From positions 10,230,001 through 10,294,000 of the forward strand of contig OX597824.1 of the NCBI GenBank assembly GCA_951406725.2: DNA of 64,000 nt, read 5' to 3'. This document shows positions 40,200-53,230 of this stretch, piece after piece; position 1 is the first letter of the stretch, and each line of letters begins with the position of its first letter. The notes below the pieces were generated by a model. That model was not told where the DNA came from. It worked only from the letters and a program-made list of their open reading frames with translations, and searched no databases. This DNA comes from Octopus vulgaris (taxonomy: Eukaryota). The position numbers and the translations under genes were made by a program.

Positions 40200-40540
40200 C
40201 AAAATGGGACAAGAATGCAAAACATCCAGATAGACGATACAAAAAATACGGACGGGTCATTCGAAGCCTTTAATCTTCAGTCAAGAACCGGATCATCTTT
40301 GCACGTTCGGCTGATTAATCTTCAGATTGCTCCAATTTGGCCAGCCCCAAGGAAAAACTAAGCTAAGAGCATTACATTCCCTGGAAAAAAGCATCGAATA
40401 TATACAAAGCAAGGACGGAAAAAGAACTGGACATATGTATATATATATATATGTATATATATATGTATTAATAGTAATGGTAAGACAACAAAAGAATGAA
40501 TGAGACCTCGATATTATGCAAATAGGGGAATTAATCTGTA

Positions 40541-40758
40541 ATATAACATGTGACAATTACTCGGTTGCTATAATAAGACTCCGCGTTTCAGATGTTGGGG
40601 CAGAAAACTGCTCCGGCATCTCGTCAGTTATCGAGGCAATCAAAAATTGCATTTTTTTTATTGCCTCGAGAACTGATGAGATGCCGGAGCAGTTTTCCAC
40701 CCCAACATCTGAAACGCGGAGTCTTATTATAGCAACCGAGTAATTGTCACATATTATA

Positions 40759-40759
<1 letters not shown>
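40541..40759. repeat. Hairpin, ~108-bp arms, next to (TA)n
   Basis: tgtgacaattactcggttgctataataagactccgcgtttcag... mirrored about tgca at 40648-40651. Confidence 0.95.
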
Positions 40760-40799
<40 letters not shown>

Positions 40800-41207
40800 T
40801 GTATGTATGTATGTATGTAATTATGTATGCAGGTATGTATGAATGCACGCTCTCTCTCTCATACACACACTCATATACACATGAGTGAATGTGTGTGTGT
40901 GTCTGTCTACATACATATACAAATACATCATACATAAATGAGGTGGCAGAGGAGTAAAGGAAAGTAAATTACACTGTGTTACTGTAATTTCATAGACTGT
41001 ATCTCATCATAATTGACTAGGGAACTCATAAATAGGCTAGATTACATTAATCTAATTAACGCACTTCCAAGTAAACAATATTTGGTGATTTTCCAGTGCT
41101 TCATATATATATATATATATGAAATATATATATATATATATGTATGTATAAATATGCATGTAATATATATATATGTACACACCCACATACCCACACATAT
41201 ACATATA

Positions 41208-41273
<66 letters not shown>

Positions 41274-41902
41274 AACATACATACATACACACATACAAAC
41301 ATATAATTATATATACACACACACTACACCTACGCACATGTTAAATTTATTTCATTACTCAGCTTTCTTTATCTCCCATTCACAGAATGTTTGTACGGCC
41401 TTGAAATAGTGACTGAATTAATAAGTTGATAACAGCGGTCACCCCCCACCCCCCACCCCCCACCCCGGATGAAATTTATTAAGTAGTTCACAGCTAGTGT
41501 GAACTTTATTGTTGCCACTTCAGGTACAAAGCCATCAACTCCAGCATGTGACAGATACTTTATTTTATCAAGCCCTGAGGGTTGTATAGTAAAGTTGACC
41601 TCAGAAATTAACAAGCAAGGAGAAATACTGCAAGGCATTCTTTCTGGTATTTCTAACAATTCTGTCAAGCTGTTGGTGTTGTTGTTTAGTTCTGGGTTAG
41701 TCCTGATGAAGCTAACCTATGACAGGTAGCTGTGGTGAATTAAATGACTGACAAGGAGTAATCCACAGATAAGCCACGCCTCTCTATGGAAGATCAAAGT
41801 ATGCTCAGCTGAACAGTGATTTGTTGTATAAGTTGCCATGTGGCAATATGGGCATGTTGAATGTTTTCTCCTATCCTGTTTGTTGCCATATGGATGAGAA
41901 AA

Positions 41903-41960
<58 letters not shown>

Positions 41961-42329
41961 TGTGTGGTTGGGTAGGCTGCAAAAGTGAATGGGGAAGGCA
42001 GATGTTGTGACTGAGGAGAGTGAGAGATGTATGGTGGTGGAGAAAGAGAGATAATTTGGTGACACAGAAGGGTAATCAATGTAAAATGCAGGCGGAGAGG
42101 ACAGTATTAAGAATGAAGGATGGATATGTGAAGTGGTTCCAGTGGTAAGAAGGATAAGTGCTATCAGGGAAAAAGCTGATAAATTATGAGCTTATTCCCA
42201 CAGACATTTAACAGATATGGTGTAACAGTCATAATGATAGCACACACACACCATATATGTAGACAGTTGTAGAAACATTAGATGCCATATATATTGGCAG
42301 TTAACAAATCTTCAATTTTTTTGTTTTAA

Positions 42330-42893
42330 TTGTTTCAATCATTGAACCACTATCATCCTGGGGCACAACTTTGAAGGGTTTAGTCAAACAAATCAACCCC
42401 AGTACTTTGCTTTTTAAGTCCGGTTCTTGTTCCATTGGTTGCTTTTACTAAATTATGAAGTTACAAAGGCATATACCAGTCAGCACTGGTTGATCTAGTA
42501 GTGTTGGGTGGAGACAAACGCAAACACAAAGACACACACCCATACATGATAGGTTTCTACGCAGTTACTAAATTCACCCACAACGCATCGATCAATGTGG
42601 GGCTATAATAGAAGACACTTGCCCAAGGTGCTGTATAGTGGCACAGTAGTTGTGGAAACACTGGACACCAATAGACATGTTGTAACAGTATGTAGACAGT
42701 TAACAGAGATGAACTAGCAGTTATGGTGACATTTGACAACATAAATAAACAGGCGCAGGAGTGGCTGTGTGGTTCCGGGTTCAGTCCCACTGTGTGGTAC
42801 CTTGGGCAAGTGTCTTCTACTGTAGCCTCAGGCTGACCAAAGCCTTGTGAGTGGATTTGGTAGACAGGAACTGAAAGAAGCTTGTCATATATA

Positions 42894-42955
<62 letters not shown>

Positions 42956-43145
42956 TGTGTCTGTGTTTGTCCCCCCAACATTGCTTGATAACTGATGCTG
43001 GTGTATTTACATCCCTGTAACTTAGCAGTTCGGCAAAAGAGACCGATAGAATAAGTACTAGGCTTACAAAGAATACGTCCTGGGGTCGATTTGCTTCACA
43101 AAAGGCGGTGCTCAAATGACTGAAACAAATAAAAGAGAATGAAAG
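42330..43145. mobile_element. Two SINE A copies (42330-42640 minus, 42752-43145 plus)
   Basis: Similarity to family A. Confidence 0.8.
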
Positions 43146-43249
43146 AGAGTTAAGCAATGTATTTTAAGCGTCGTAGAGACAGTAGACACCATATGTGTAA
43201 ACAGTTAATGGACATATTGTAACAGCTGTGGAGACAGTGGACACCATGT

Positions 43250-43735
43250 ATCATCAACATCATTGCTTAACGTCCGCTTTCCATGCTGGCATGGGTTGGA
43301 CAATTTGACTGAGGACTGGTGAACCAGATGGCTGCACCAGGCTCCAATCTTGATCTGGCAGAGTTTCTACAGCTGGATGCCCTTCCTAACGCCAACCACT
43401 CTGAGAGTGTAGTGGGTGCTTTTACGTACCACCGGCATGAGGGCCAGTCAGGCAGTACTGGCAACACCCACACTCAAATGGTGTTTTTTACGTGCCACTT
43501 GCACAGGAGCCAGTCCAGCGGCACTGGCAGCGACATCGCTCGAATGTTTTTTCACGTGTCACCAGCACAAGTGCCAGTAAAGCGATACTGGTAACAATCA
43601 TGCTCGAATGGTGCTTTTTACGTGCCACTGGCACGGAAGCCAGTTTGCTGCTCTGGCAATGATCACGCTCAGATGGTGCTCTTAGCACTCCACTAGCACA
43701 GATACCAGTCATCTAATTTGATTTCGATTTCGATT
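43250..43735 (-). mobile_element. RTE 3' UTR fragment
   Basis: Matches 40-482 and 46048-46482. Confidence 0.85.
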
Positions 43736-43758
43736 ATGTATATATATATATATATTGA

Positions 43759-43801
<43 letters not shown>

Positions 43802-43931
43802 CTAACAGAGATACCCGGCATTGCTCGGGGTTAAAATGGCATAGTATGTAGACAGTTAATAGATATGTAACAGTTTTGAAGACACTAGACCTCATATATG
43901 TAAATATTTAATGAACATGTAGTAAGTGAAT

Positions 43932-44196
43932 GTGGAGGCACGTGGCTTAGTGGTGAGTGTGTCAGCATCATGATCGTAAGATTGTGGTTTCGATTCCTTG
44001 ACCGGGCGACGCGTTGTGTTCTTGAGCAAAACACTTCATTTCACATTGCTCCAGTCCACTCAGCTGGCAAAAAGGAGTAACGCTGTGATGGACTGGCGTT
44101 CCGACCAGCTGGGGAACACATACGCCATAGAAACCGGGAAACCGGGCCCATGAAACTGGCTAGGTTTTAAAAGGGCGCAATTATATATTTTATTAT
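43932..44196 (+). mobile_element. SINE family D variant with 12-bp TSD
   Basis: tagtaagtgaat at 43920-43931 and 44197-44208; A and B boxes tggcttagtgg and ggtttcgattcc. Confidence 0.85.
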
Positions 44197-46047
44197 TAGT
44201 AAGTGAATAAACACTAGACATTACATTTGTAGACAGTTAACAGTATGTAACAGTTCTGGAGATACCAACCACATATAAGTAGACAGTTAAAAGACATCTA
44301 ACACCAAACGCCATATATGAAGTCAGCTAACAGACATGTAACAGTTGTGTAGAATTTTGAGATTATATATTTAGATATTTAACATTAATGCAGAAATAAG
44401 AGTTGTCATAAAATATTTCTGTCTACAGAAGAGAGACGGTGAGAGAAACAGAAAGTGAGAGAGAGGGGGAGAAAGGGTTCGGGGGAGGGGAGTGAGAGAG
44501 GGGGAACTGAGAGAGAGATTACTGTATCTAGAAAGTCCCATTTCAAAAGTTGGGAGAAAGAAGGAGAGGAGAGGAACTACATCTAGTTACTGAATGGTAA
44601 AGGGTGATATTTATTCTGTAAATTTAGAGTAAATGCCAGAACTAAGAAAAGTATTTCATTTCTTCCTTAATTATGAAATTTTATTTGTATTTTATTTTGT
44701 GTGTTTTTCTTACTGTTTTGCATCCTGTTTTTTTTTTCTCTTTTTTTTTTCTTCAACATTACCATCAAGCAGGATGGCATTTATTTGTTTATTTATGTTA
44801 TTCTATGAAATATAGTCATCATAACAAGAATTTCTAACACAGACTTCTCTTACCAAATTATTATTATTATCATTATTAAAAACAAAAACAGAAAAAAAAA
44901 ATAAAATTTAGCGGAAGTGGTAAAAAACTAAACAAAATGTCTCACATTATTTACTTATAACCTTTCTACAAACTGAGCTTTAATCAGTCTCATATCAACT
45001 TTGCATTTCATCTTCCATGCCTTTTGTTTTTATTTTATTCATTTTTTTGGGGGGAGGGGTACACCCTAATATAGCCGCGCCATCACCACCACCACCACCA
45101 TCACTCATTTTTGCTGCTAGAATATCCACATATCTCCTCCACAGCAAAACACCTGTTTGTGTCCCTCTGTTATACTTTGACCCCACATCACATGGCATAA
45201 AGCCACCTCACTCAATACAATGCTCTACCATCCTCGGTTGAGGGGGTTTCATCTTGCAGGTTACCTGGTAACCTCATGAGTATCAGTGCCATGTAAAAAG
45301 CACCAAGAAACACACTGTAAGGTTGTCAGTGTTAAGAAAAGCATTCTGCCATAGAAACCATGCCAAAAAAAAAAAAACACTGGAGCTTGACATAGTCCTT
45401 TGGCTCCTGTCAAATCCTCTTGTCAAGGCACTGAAATTCAGTTTGCCTAGGGCAGTCCTGTATCTATTATAATCAGCAATGTTATGGTTCCATCCAGAAG
45501 CTGAAACTGCCTCTGGCTTTGTGGTACAATTGTTTTGTTTTCAAAAGTTCTGAATTGAAATCTTCCACCAAACTTTAGTCACAATTTATGTTCCTAACAC
45601 AAACTTAATGATAACTAAGTTATTTTACTAAATTCTTTGTTATATTTAAAATTAGTTGAAAGAAACTCAGAGCATCTCAACAGAAATATGGTAATAAAAG
45701 GGTTAAATCAACTGGGGTTCATTTAAGATTTTGTTGTTGAAATTTATGCACAATAAATTGGTTATCTTTCTACAATTCACAAAATATTTTAAACTTTTTT
45801 TATCCAACCTTAATAATAGGAAAGTATTGTAGTTTGCTGGAAGCATTGTGTATTGCTTATGAAATATAACATGTCTTGAATGGCACAACAATGCTGAGTC
45901 GACTATAATAACTGTTTTAATTTAATTATTCATAGTCTGATATAATAATATTTCAGAATATAAAAATTCCTTCTTCAGATATTGCTAGGATTCAGTCAAT
46001 TCCTATCAATATCTTAAGAAGGAATTTTTATATTCCAAAATATTATA

Positions 46048-46482
46048 TCATCATCATCATCATCATCGTTTAACGTCGGCTTTCCATGCTAGCATGGGTT
46101 GGACGATTTGACTGAGGACTGGCGAACCAGATGGCTGCACCAGGCTCCAATCTTGATCTGGCAGAGTTTCTACAGCTGGATGCCCTTCCTAATGCCAACC
46201 ACTCCGAGAGTGTAGTGGGTGCTTTTACGTGCCACTGGCATGAGAGCCAGTCAGGTGGTACTGGCAATGGCCACTCTCAAATTGTGTTTTTTACGTGCTA
46301 CCTGCACAGGAGCCAGTCCAGCGGCACTGGCAATGACCTTGCTCAAATGTTTTTTCACATGCCACCGGCACAAGTACCAGTAAAGCAACACTGGTAATGA
46401 TCATGCTTGAATGGTGCTTTTTACGTGCCACCAGCATGAACGCCAGTTAGCCGCTCTGGCAATGATCATGCTCGGATGGTGC
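46048..46482 (-). mobile_element. RTE 3' UTR fragment
   Basis: Matches 43250-43735. Confidence 0.85.
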
Positions 46483-47384
46483 CAAACTATGAATAATTAA
46501 AATAAGGCAGTTATTATAGTCCACTCAGCATTTATGTCCCATTCAAGACACGTTATGTTTCACAAACTTTAATACTATTTAATGATAAAAATATAATTGG
46601 AGTTTTTTAACATCAAATGGCTATAAGGATCCATCCTAGTGAAATAGGAATCAAAGGGGTCCATGGTCAAAAAAATAGTTGAGGACCACTGCTTTAAACA
46701 TTCTGAAGACCACTGTCTCAGATCAATGCCCTTCTCTCAAAAGGAGAGAAGACATGAGGTTATGTAGAATAAGACAGACAGACAGAAGAGGGGGAAGCAG
46801 TGAGACAGAGAGAAAGAGACAGACAGAGACAGAAAGCAAGAGAGAGAGAGGGGTGGGGATATGGACCAGCAGGGTAGTGTAAACATGAAAGATGAGAAAA
46901 GTGGATTGTTTTTTTGACGGGGTGGAATGCTGTTAGTGAACTTGTGAGAACAGAATTCATTGTTACAGTAGCAGATGTTAAGGTCAAGGATGGAGACTGC
47001 TTATGTGAGGTTTAGCTAACCAAGTGGGGTGTCTATTGTCTGATGAAGTTTTACTGCACCAAGGGTTGAAACGTGTTTTGGAGGTGGTGGTGATGGTGGT
47101 GGTGGAGGTTAGAACTTCTCTGTTTTGAAAATTAAAATATGGTGATTATGATGATAACAATGTCTCCTCCCCCCCCCCCACCACAACGATCATTGTCATC
47201 GTCCCCACTATCACCACTATAGTCGTTGTCGTCGTCGTCGTCGTCGCCGCCACCGCCACCACCATATTCTTCACTTCTCCCCTGAACTTGTTAGCCTTGT
47301 GCCAAAAATTCGAAACCATTAATACCATAATTAAGGAAGAATTATTAACACATTAAACAAAATGCTTAATAGCATTTTCTCTGT

Positions 47385-47690
47385 GTCACCGGCACGAGGG
47401 CCAGTCAAGCAGTACTGGCAACGACCTCGCTCAAATGTTTTTTTACGTGCCAGTAAGGTGACACTGGTAATGAACACCAGCATGGAAGCCAGTTAGCTGC
47501 TCTGGCAACGATCACGCTCGGATGGTGCTCTTAGTACTCCACTAGCACAGATGCCAGTCATCGAATTTGATTTCAATTTCACTTGCTCAACAGGTCTTTG
47601 CAAGCAGAGTTTAGTGTCCAATGAAGGAAAGGTACGCATAAGTGGGCTGGTTACACTCCTGGCATAGCCCACGAGGTTATGGTCTCACTG
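47385..47690 (-). mobile_element. RTE 3' UTR fragment, internal part
   Basis: Reverse complement of the 61990-62310 region. Confidence 0.75.
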
Positions 47691-49704
47691 CATATTTATA
47701 AGTTTGCTCAAGATTTTTGTTTCATTTTTATTGAGTTATTTAATTTTCCACATGAATTAGTTTAAATTCTCCATGTGAAAGTCTTTGCTTTTCACTCTGC
47801 ATAAATTTGTTTTTCCTCGTCATCACTGTTGTAAAGTGGTGTGATATGTGACTACCGTTGTACTATAGTTGCTGTTTTATGCTGGTAGCCATAACAGTTG
47901 CTAGACATCAGACACCATAGTATCTCTTCATGCCAGAATAGTAATACACTAACCTCTTCTGTCTTAATATCACTGATAGCTCCACAAGACACCGACTAGA
48001 ACTGTCAACTCTCGACCCTCTCGTGATGACCAACTACTGGTCTATTTATAATGGCTGGATCCTACCACTTTTTACTGGGAAGGGTATACAGTTTCACTAT
48101 GCAACAACTTGTTTTCTGACAATTTCTCGTGGAAATTAGCTATTCAGCTATAAACCTCTCCTCTATTCTTTCCCAGCCAAAGGCATGAAATAAATCAATG
48201 AAACTTCCATTCTACCAATAAACATTGGTCATTATATGATTGCTTTTCTAAATGCTAGATGACAAAGCCACTTATATATACTTGTTCAACTACACTTGAA
48301 ATAAAACATAACATATTGCTCTAGTTTGACATATTTTCTCAATCACTAAGTTAGTCGTTGTGTATATTTGTATGTTGAAGGGGTGTATACCAAAGAAGCT
48401 TTTGCTTTCTTCAGTTGAAGTAAGTTGAAATGTCTGGAATTTGTTGTGTAGTCAGAAAGGAATTTGGAAATTATATTTCTTTATTAAAAAGAAAACATAA
48501 TTAATACTAAATAAATAAACTAAGAGTTCTCTAGTGAAAAGTGATGGGGACAAGCCAAACATATTCTGCATAAATGGATGTAGAATCAAACTTCAAAATC
48601 AAAACCTTTCTGTTTTTAATTGCCATTATTCTAAATAAAAATGTTCAATATTCACTTATGTAGAATTTTGCTTCCCAACCTCTTAGTTTCAGGTTCAGTT
48701 CCACTGTATGACATCTTGGGCAAGTGTTGTGAACTATAACCCTGAGCTGAGCAATGCCTTGCAAGTGGATTTGGTGGACAGAAAATGAAAGAAGCCCATC
48801 ATATGTATGTGTATGGCCTTGTGTTTGCATTTGTCCCCCATGTTGGTTTGTTTACATCTCCATAACTTAGTAGTATGGCAAAAGGTGACTGACCAGGCTT
48901 AAAAAATTAGTGGTGGCATTGATTTGTTCGACTAAATTTTTGAAGGGGGTGCCCCAGCATGGTCACACTCCAGTGACTGAGACATATAAAAGATAAACTG
49001 AAAGAATATTTGAGAAAGTTCTTTTACTTCAATTCTAATTCAAAGTGTTAGTATTTAATGCAATATGATCCCCACAGCTGTATAACCACTTTTGGGAAGT
49101 TCCCTGCTGGTACCACCATTCTAAACCAGCAAGGAAGCCAAACCATTGAACTTCAGGTTATATTTAAAATGAATACCATATGTTTTTTTTTTAAACCAAA
49201 ACATTCCTTTTCAGATCAGCATACCCTACAATAAATATGTCAAATAGGTAATCCAAATACTTGAAATCCAATACTTGAAATAAAATATTTTTAATGGGGG
49301 AACTTGCTATAGAAAAAGTCACATTGGCTCTATTGAGTCATAACAACCTTTTGGATGGAAAAAGTCAAAAAGCAGCCATCAACTGCCCTTTGGGGTTTTT
49401 TGTTTGTTTTTTGACCCAATATTTACCTGCAGTTGTTCATGGGTTTGTTCCACACTTAAAAATGATTTATTTCATATCTCTCAAGGTTTGTAAATTCTTA
49501 TGGCATAAACCAACAGACATTCTTAATTTTTCTTTTAATTTTATATCTTTGAAAGCATGGCTGTGTTGTTAAGAAGCTTGCTTTGCAATCATGTCATTCT
49601 GTGTTCAGATCCACATCTACTATAGCCCCAGGACAACCAATGCTTTGTGAGTGAATTTGGCAGACAGAAACTATTTGGAATCCTGTTCATATATATGTAT
49701 ATAT

Positions 49705-49945
49705 ATATTATAGTGGGGTAGGCCGGTTTATGGGATTACCCTGGGTTTCTCGCTCATAAGGGGTTTAGCTTTATGGCATATCTTCAGACCCCGAACACTG
49801 AAGATATGCCATTAACCTAAATCCCTTATGAGCAAGAAAACCAGGGTAACCCCATAAACTGGCCTACCCAACCATAATATTAACTGCTCTACACCTTAGA
49901 GTGTGCTTCTCCTCCAGATTTATGCATTTCTACAAACGACACACA
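49705..49945 (+). mobile_element. PLE 3' end with inverted duplication (hairpin 49705-49880) following a SINE A head and (TA)n
   Basis: The right arm and tail match 19157-19300; the left arm is its reverse complement. Confidence 0.8.
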
Positions 49946-49949
49946 TATG

Positions 49950-50304
49950 TGTGTGCCTAGGACTCCAAATTTGCCATCAAGATGTAGGACAAGATACTGT
50001 GATAGCCTGGGCTTCCGTGGCCCACAGCTCTTCAATATCCTCCCGAAGAACCTGAGAGACCTGCATGGGGTGGATGCAGATGTCTTTAAAATGGAACTGG
50101 ATCTCTTCCTGTCAGGTGTCCCAGATGAACCAACTTCACGGCAGGAGGTGCAGATGAGGGCAGCTGCATCGAACTCTCTCATGCACCAAATGGCAGTTGC
50201 TAAAAAGCTTTCGTGAAGTAAAACCAAGTAGCAACACCAAATGGCGGTGCCCCAGCATAGCCACAGCTCATGAGCTGAAACTAGAATCAATCAATCAATC
50301 AATC
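49950..50304 (+). mobile_element. CR1-type LINE 3' end with (AATC)n tail
   Basis: ORF 49947-50216 is near-identical to 35040-35303. Confidence 0.85.
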
Positions 50305-51329
50305 ATATATATATATCCAAATTGAGGGAGTGGAGTAGATGAAATCCAGGCTACATGCTTCCTAGCCAGCAGATCCTCTGATATAATAATTACTCAATGA
50401 GGAGTACTCAGCGAGAAATTCATCAGGCCAAAGATACCAAGGATTTTCTTAGCTAGGAAACATATGTAGCCTGGATTTTACCTGCTTCACTCATTCAATT
50501 TTTTATTTTTATTCACATTCATAGCAACTCAAGTTGCTAACTGTGAGCTATAAAAAATCTTTTTCAGCTCATCAAACTCCAATATGGGAAAAGCCTACAA
50601 ACTTCAAAGCCAATAATCTGCTATTGTTCCTGAACACTGTTTTTTTCTTACCTTCCATGAATTGCTTGAAGCTTACAAACTTCCTACACTTAGATTTTTG
50701 GGTCTTATAATTACATATATACACACACACACACATATATATAAAATACAAAATGAGACAAGAACACAAAACATCCGTACAGTTAGGTGATACAAAAATG
50801 GGACAACAAAACATCCAGATAGACGATACAAAGAAAACAAAGATGAGTCATTCGAAATTTTCTTTCTTCAGTCAAGTACCAGATTATCTTCGCAATTTCG
50901 GCTGATTATACTTGAGATTGCTCCAATCTGGCCAGCCCCAAGGAAAGCAACTGGAGCAGTATTAATATCAAAAGGTAAAATATTCACCACTTAAGTGGAT
51001 GTTGTATTAGAACACACAATACTGTAAGAATTACCAAGAGAGAAGCTTTCATTTGGTTTAATGGTGCATGAAAGCACATCATTGTTATCGCCACCAAGTT
51101 CTTAAAAGGCTTAGTCAAATGTATCAATCCCAGTACTCATTTTTTAAAGTCAGGAGATGTAAACAAACCAACACTCGTTATCAAGCAGTAGGAAGACAAA
51201 GATAAAGACACACACACACACATGCGCATACATACATACATACACTCACACACACAAACATAACAGACTTTCATACAGTTTCCATCAATCAAGTTCACTC
51301 ACAAGGCATTGGTCAGCCTGAAACTAGAC

Positions 51330-52232
51330 TCTTTTACTTGTTTCAGTCATTTGACTGTGGCCATGCTGGAGCACCACCTTTTGTCGAGCAAATCGATCCC
51401 AGGACTTATTCTTTGTAAGCCTAGTACTTATTCTATTGGTCTCTTTTGCTGAACTGCTAGGTTACGGGGATGTAAACACACCAGCATCGGTTGTCAAGCG
51501 ATGTTGGGGGGGGGCAAACACAGACACATACGATGGGCTTCTTTCAGTTTCCGTCTACCAAATCCACGCACAAGGCTTTGGTCAGCCCGAGGCTATAGTA
51601 GAAGACACTTGCCCAAGGCACCACGCACTAGGACTGAACCTGGAACCATGTGGTTTGTAAGCAAGTTATTTACCACACGGCCACTCCTATAGTTGAAGAA
51701 ACTTGTCCAAGGTGAAATGCAATAACACTGAACCCAAGATTATGGAGTTGCAAAGCAAGCTTCTTAACTACACAGCTATGTCTGTGCCTTTGTCCAGAAA
51801 ATGTCAGCTGCATAAACAACATACTATATTTTCTGATATATTGGCGCAGGAGTGGCTGTGTGGTAAGTAGCTTGCTAATAAACCACATGGTTCCGGGTTC
51901 AGTCCCACTGCATGGCATCTTGGGCAAGTGTCTTCTGCTATATCCCCGGGCCGACCAGTGTCTTGTGAGTGGATTTGATAGACAGAAACTGAAAGAAGCC
52001 TGTCGTATATATATATGTATGTGTGTGTTTGTGTGTCTGTGTTTGTCCCCCTAACATTGCTTGACAACTGATGCTGGTGTGTTTACGTCCCTGTCACTTA
52101 GCGGTTCGGCAAAAGAGACCGATAGAATAAGTACTGGGCTTACAAAGAATAAGTTTCGGGGTCGTTTTGCTCGACTAAAAAGCGGTGCTCCTGCATGGCC
52201 GCAGTCAAATGACTGAAACAAGTAAAAAGAGA
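51330..52232. mobile_element. Head-to-head SINE A pair (51330-51690 minus, 51843-52232 plus)
   Basis: Two near-full-length copies in opposite orientation. Confidence 0.9.
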
Positions 52233-52277
52233 AAATTGTTCTCTGTCTATGAATATGATTAAATTTCAAAACTTGAA

Positions 52278-52790
52278 TCATCATCATCCAGCGTCTGCTT
52301 TCCATGCTAGCATGGGTTAGATGGTTTGATCGAAACTGGTAGGCTGGAGAGCTACACCAAGTTCCAGTCTGATTTGGCATGGTTTTTTACAGCTGGGTGC
52401 CCTTCCTAATGCCAACCAATGCAAGAGTGTAATGGGTGCTTTTTATGTCACCAGCATGGGTGCCAGTTGTATGACACTGGCATTGGCCACCACTACAGTT
52501 TTACTTGGCTTAATGAGTTTTCTCAAGCATGGTATATCACTGAAGGTCTTGGTCACCTCTTATCATCTCAGCGAGGCCCAACATTCGAAGATCATACTTC
52601 TCCACCACATCCCATGTCTTGACAACCGATGCTGGTGTGTTTACGTCCCCCGTAACTTAGCGGTTCGGCAAAAGAGACCGATAGAATAAATACTAGGCTT
52701 ACAAAGAATAAGTCCTGGGGTCGATTTGCTCGACTAAAAGTGGTGCTCCAGCATGGCCACAGTCAAATGACTGAAACAAGTAAAAGAGTA
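52278..52790. mobile_element. RTE fragment (minus) joined to a SINE A 3' half (plus)
   Basis: The switch occurs at cccatgtcttgacaaccg (~52617). Confidence 0.75.
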
Positions 52791-53089
52791 TAGTTTCAGG
52801 CTGACCATGTCTTCCTGGGTCTACCTCTTCCACAGGTTCTCTCCACAGTCAGAGATCAACACTTCTTAAAACAAGCTGGTTTACGAAAATTTTCTGAGTT
52901 GTAGATGAGAGGGTTCATCATTTTGGTTGTTGCCAATGTCTTCAGGATAAGGACCCTAAGTCTGGTGTTCCACAATTATTTTAGAAGCATCAATTCATGT
53001 ACTGAAGAGCATCTTTACAAATAAAAGGTTTTCCTATTTCTAATGAAAGGGTGACTTGGTTACATGTCCAACTCCTTTTTATCCTTACT

Positions 53090-53230
53090 TGCACCCTCTA
53101 AATCAGACCTGGACACAATGCAGCAGTGGATCATGGACTGGCAACTCAAGCTGGCTGTGGACAAATGTACCACCATGCATTTTGGAAGGAAAAACCCAGC
53201 GTCTACCTACTCCCTCCACAACACTAATCT
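53090..53230 (+). mobile_element. CR1-type RT fragment
   Basis: SDLDTMQQWIMDWQLKLAVDKCTTMHFGRKNP. Confidence 0.8.

Noticed and set aside
50648-50690. Micro-exon look-alike with a GTAAG donor
   Set aside because: The sequence recurs at 39860-40045, so it is repeat-derived.
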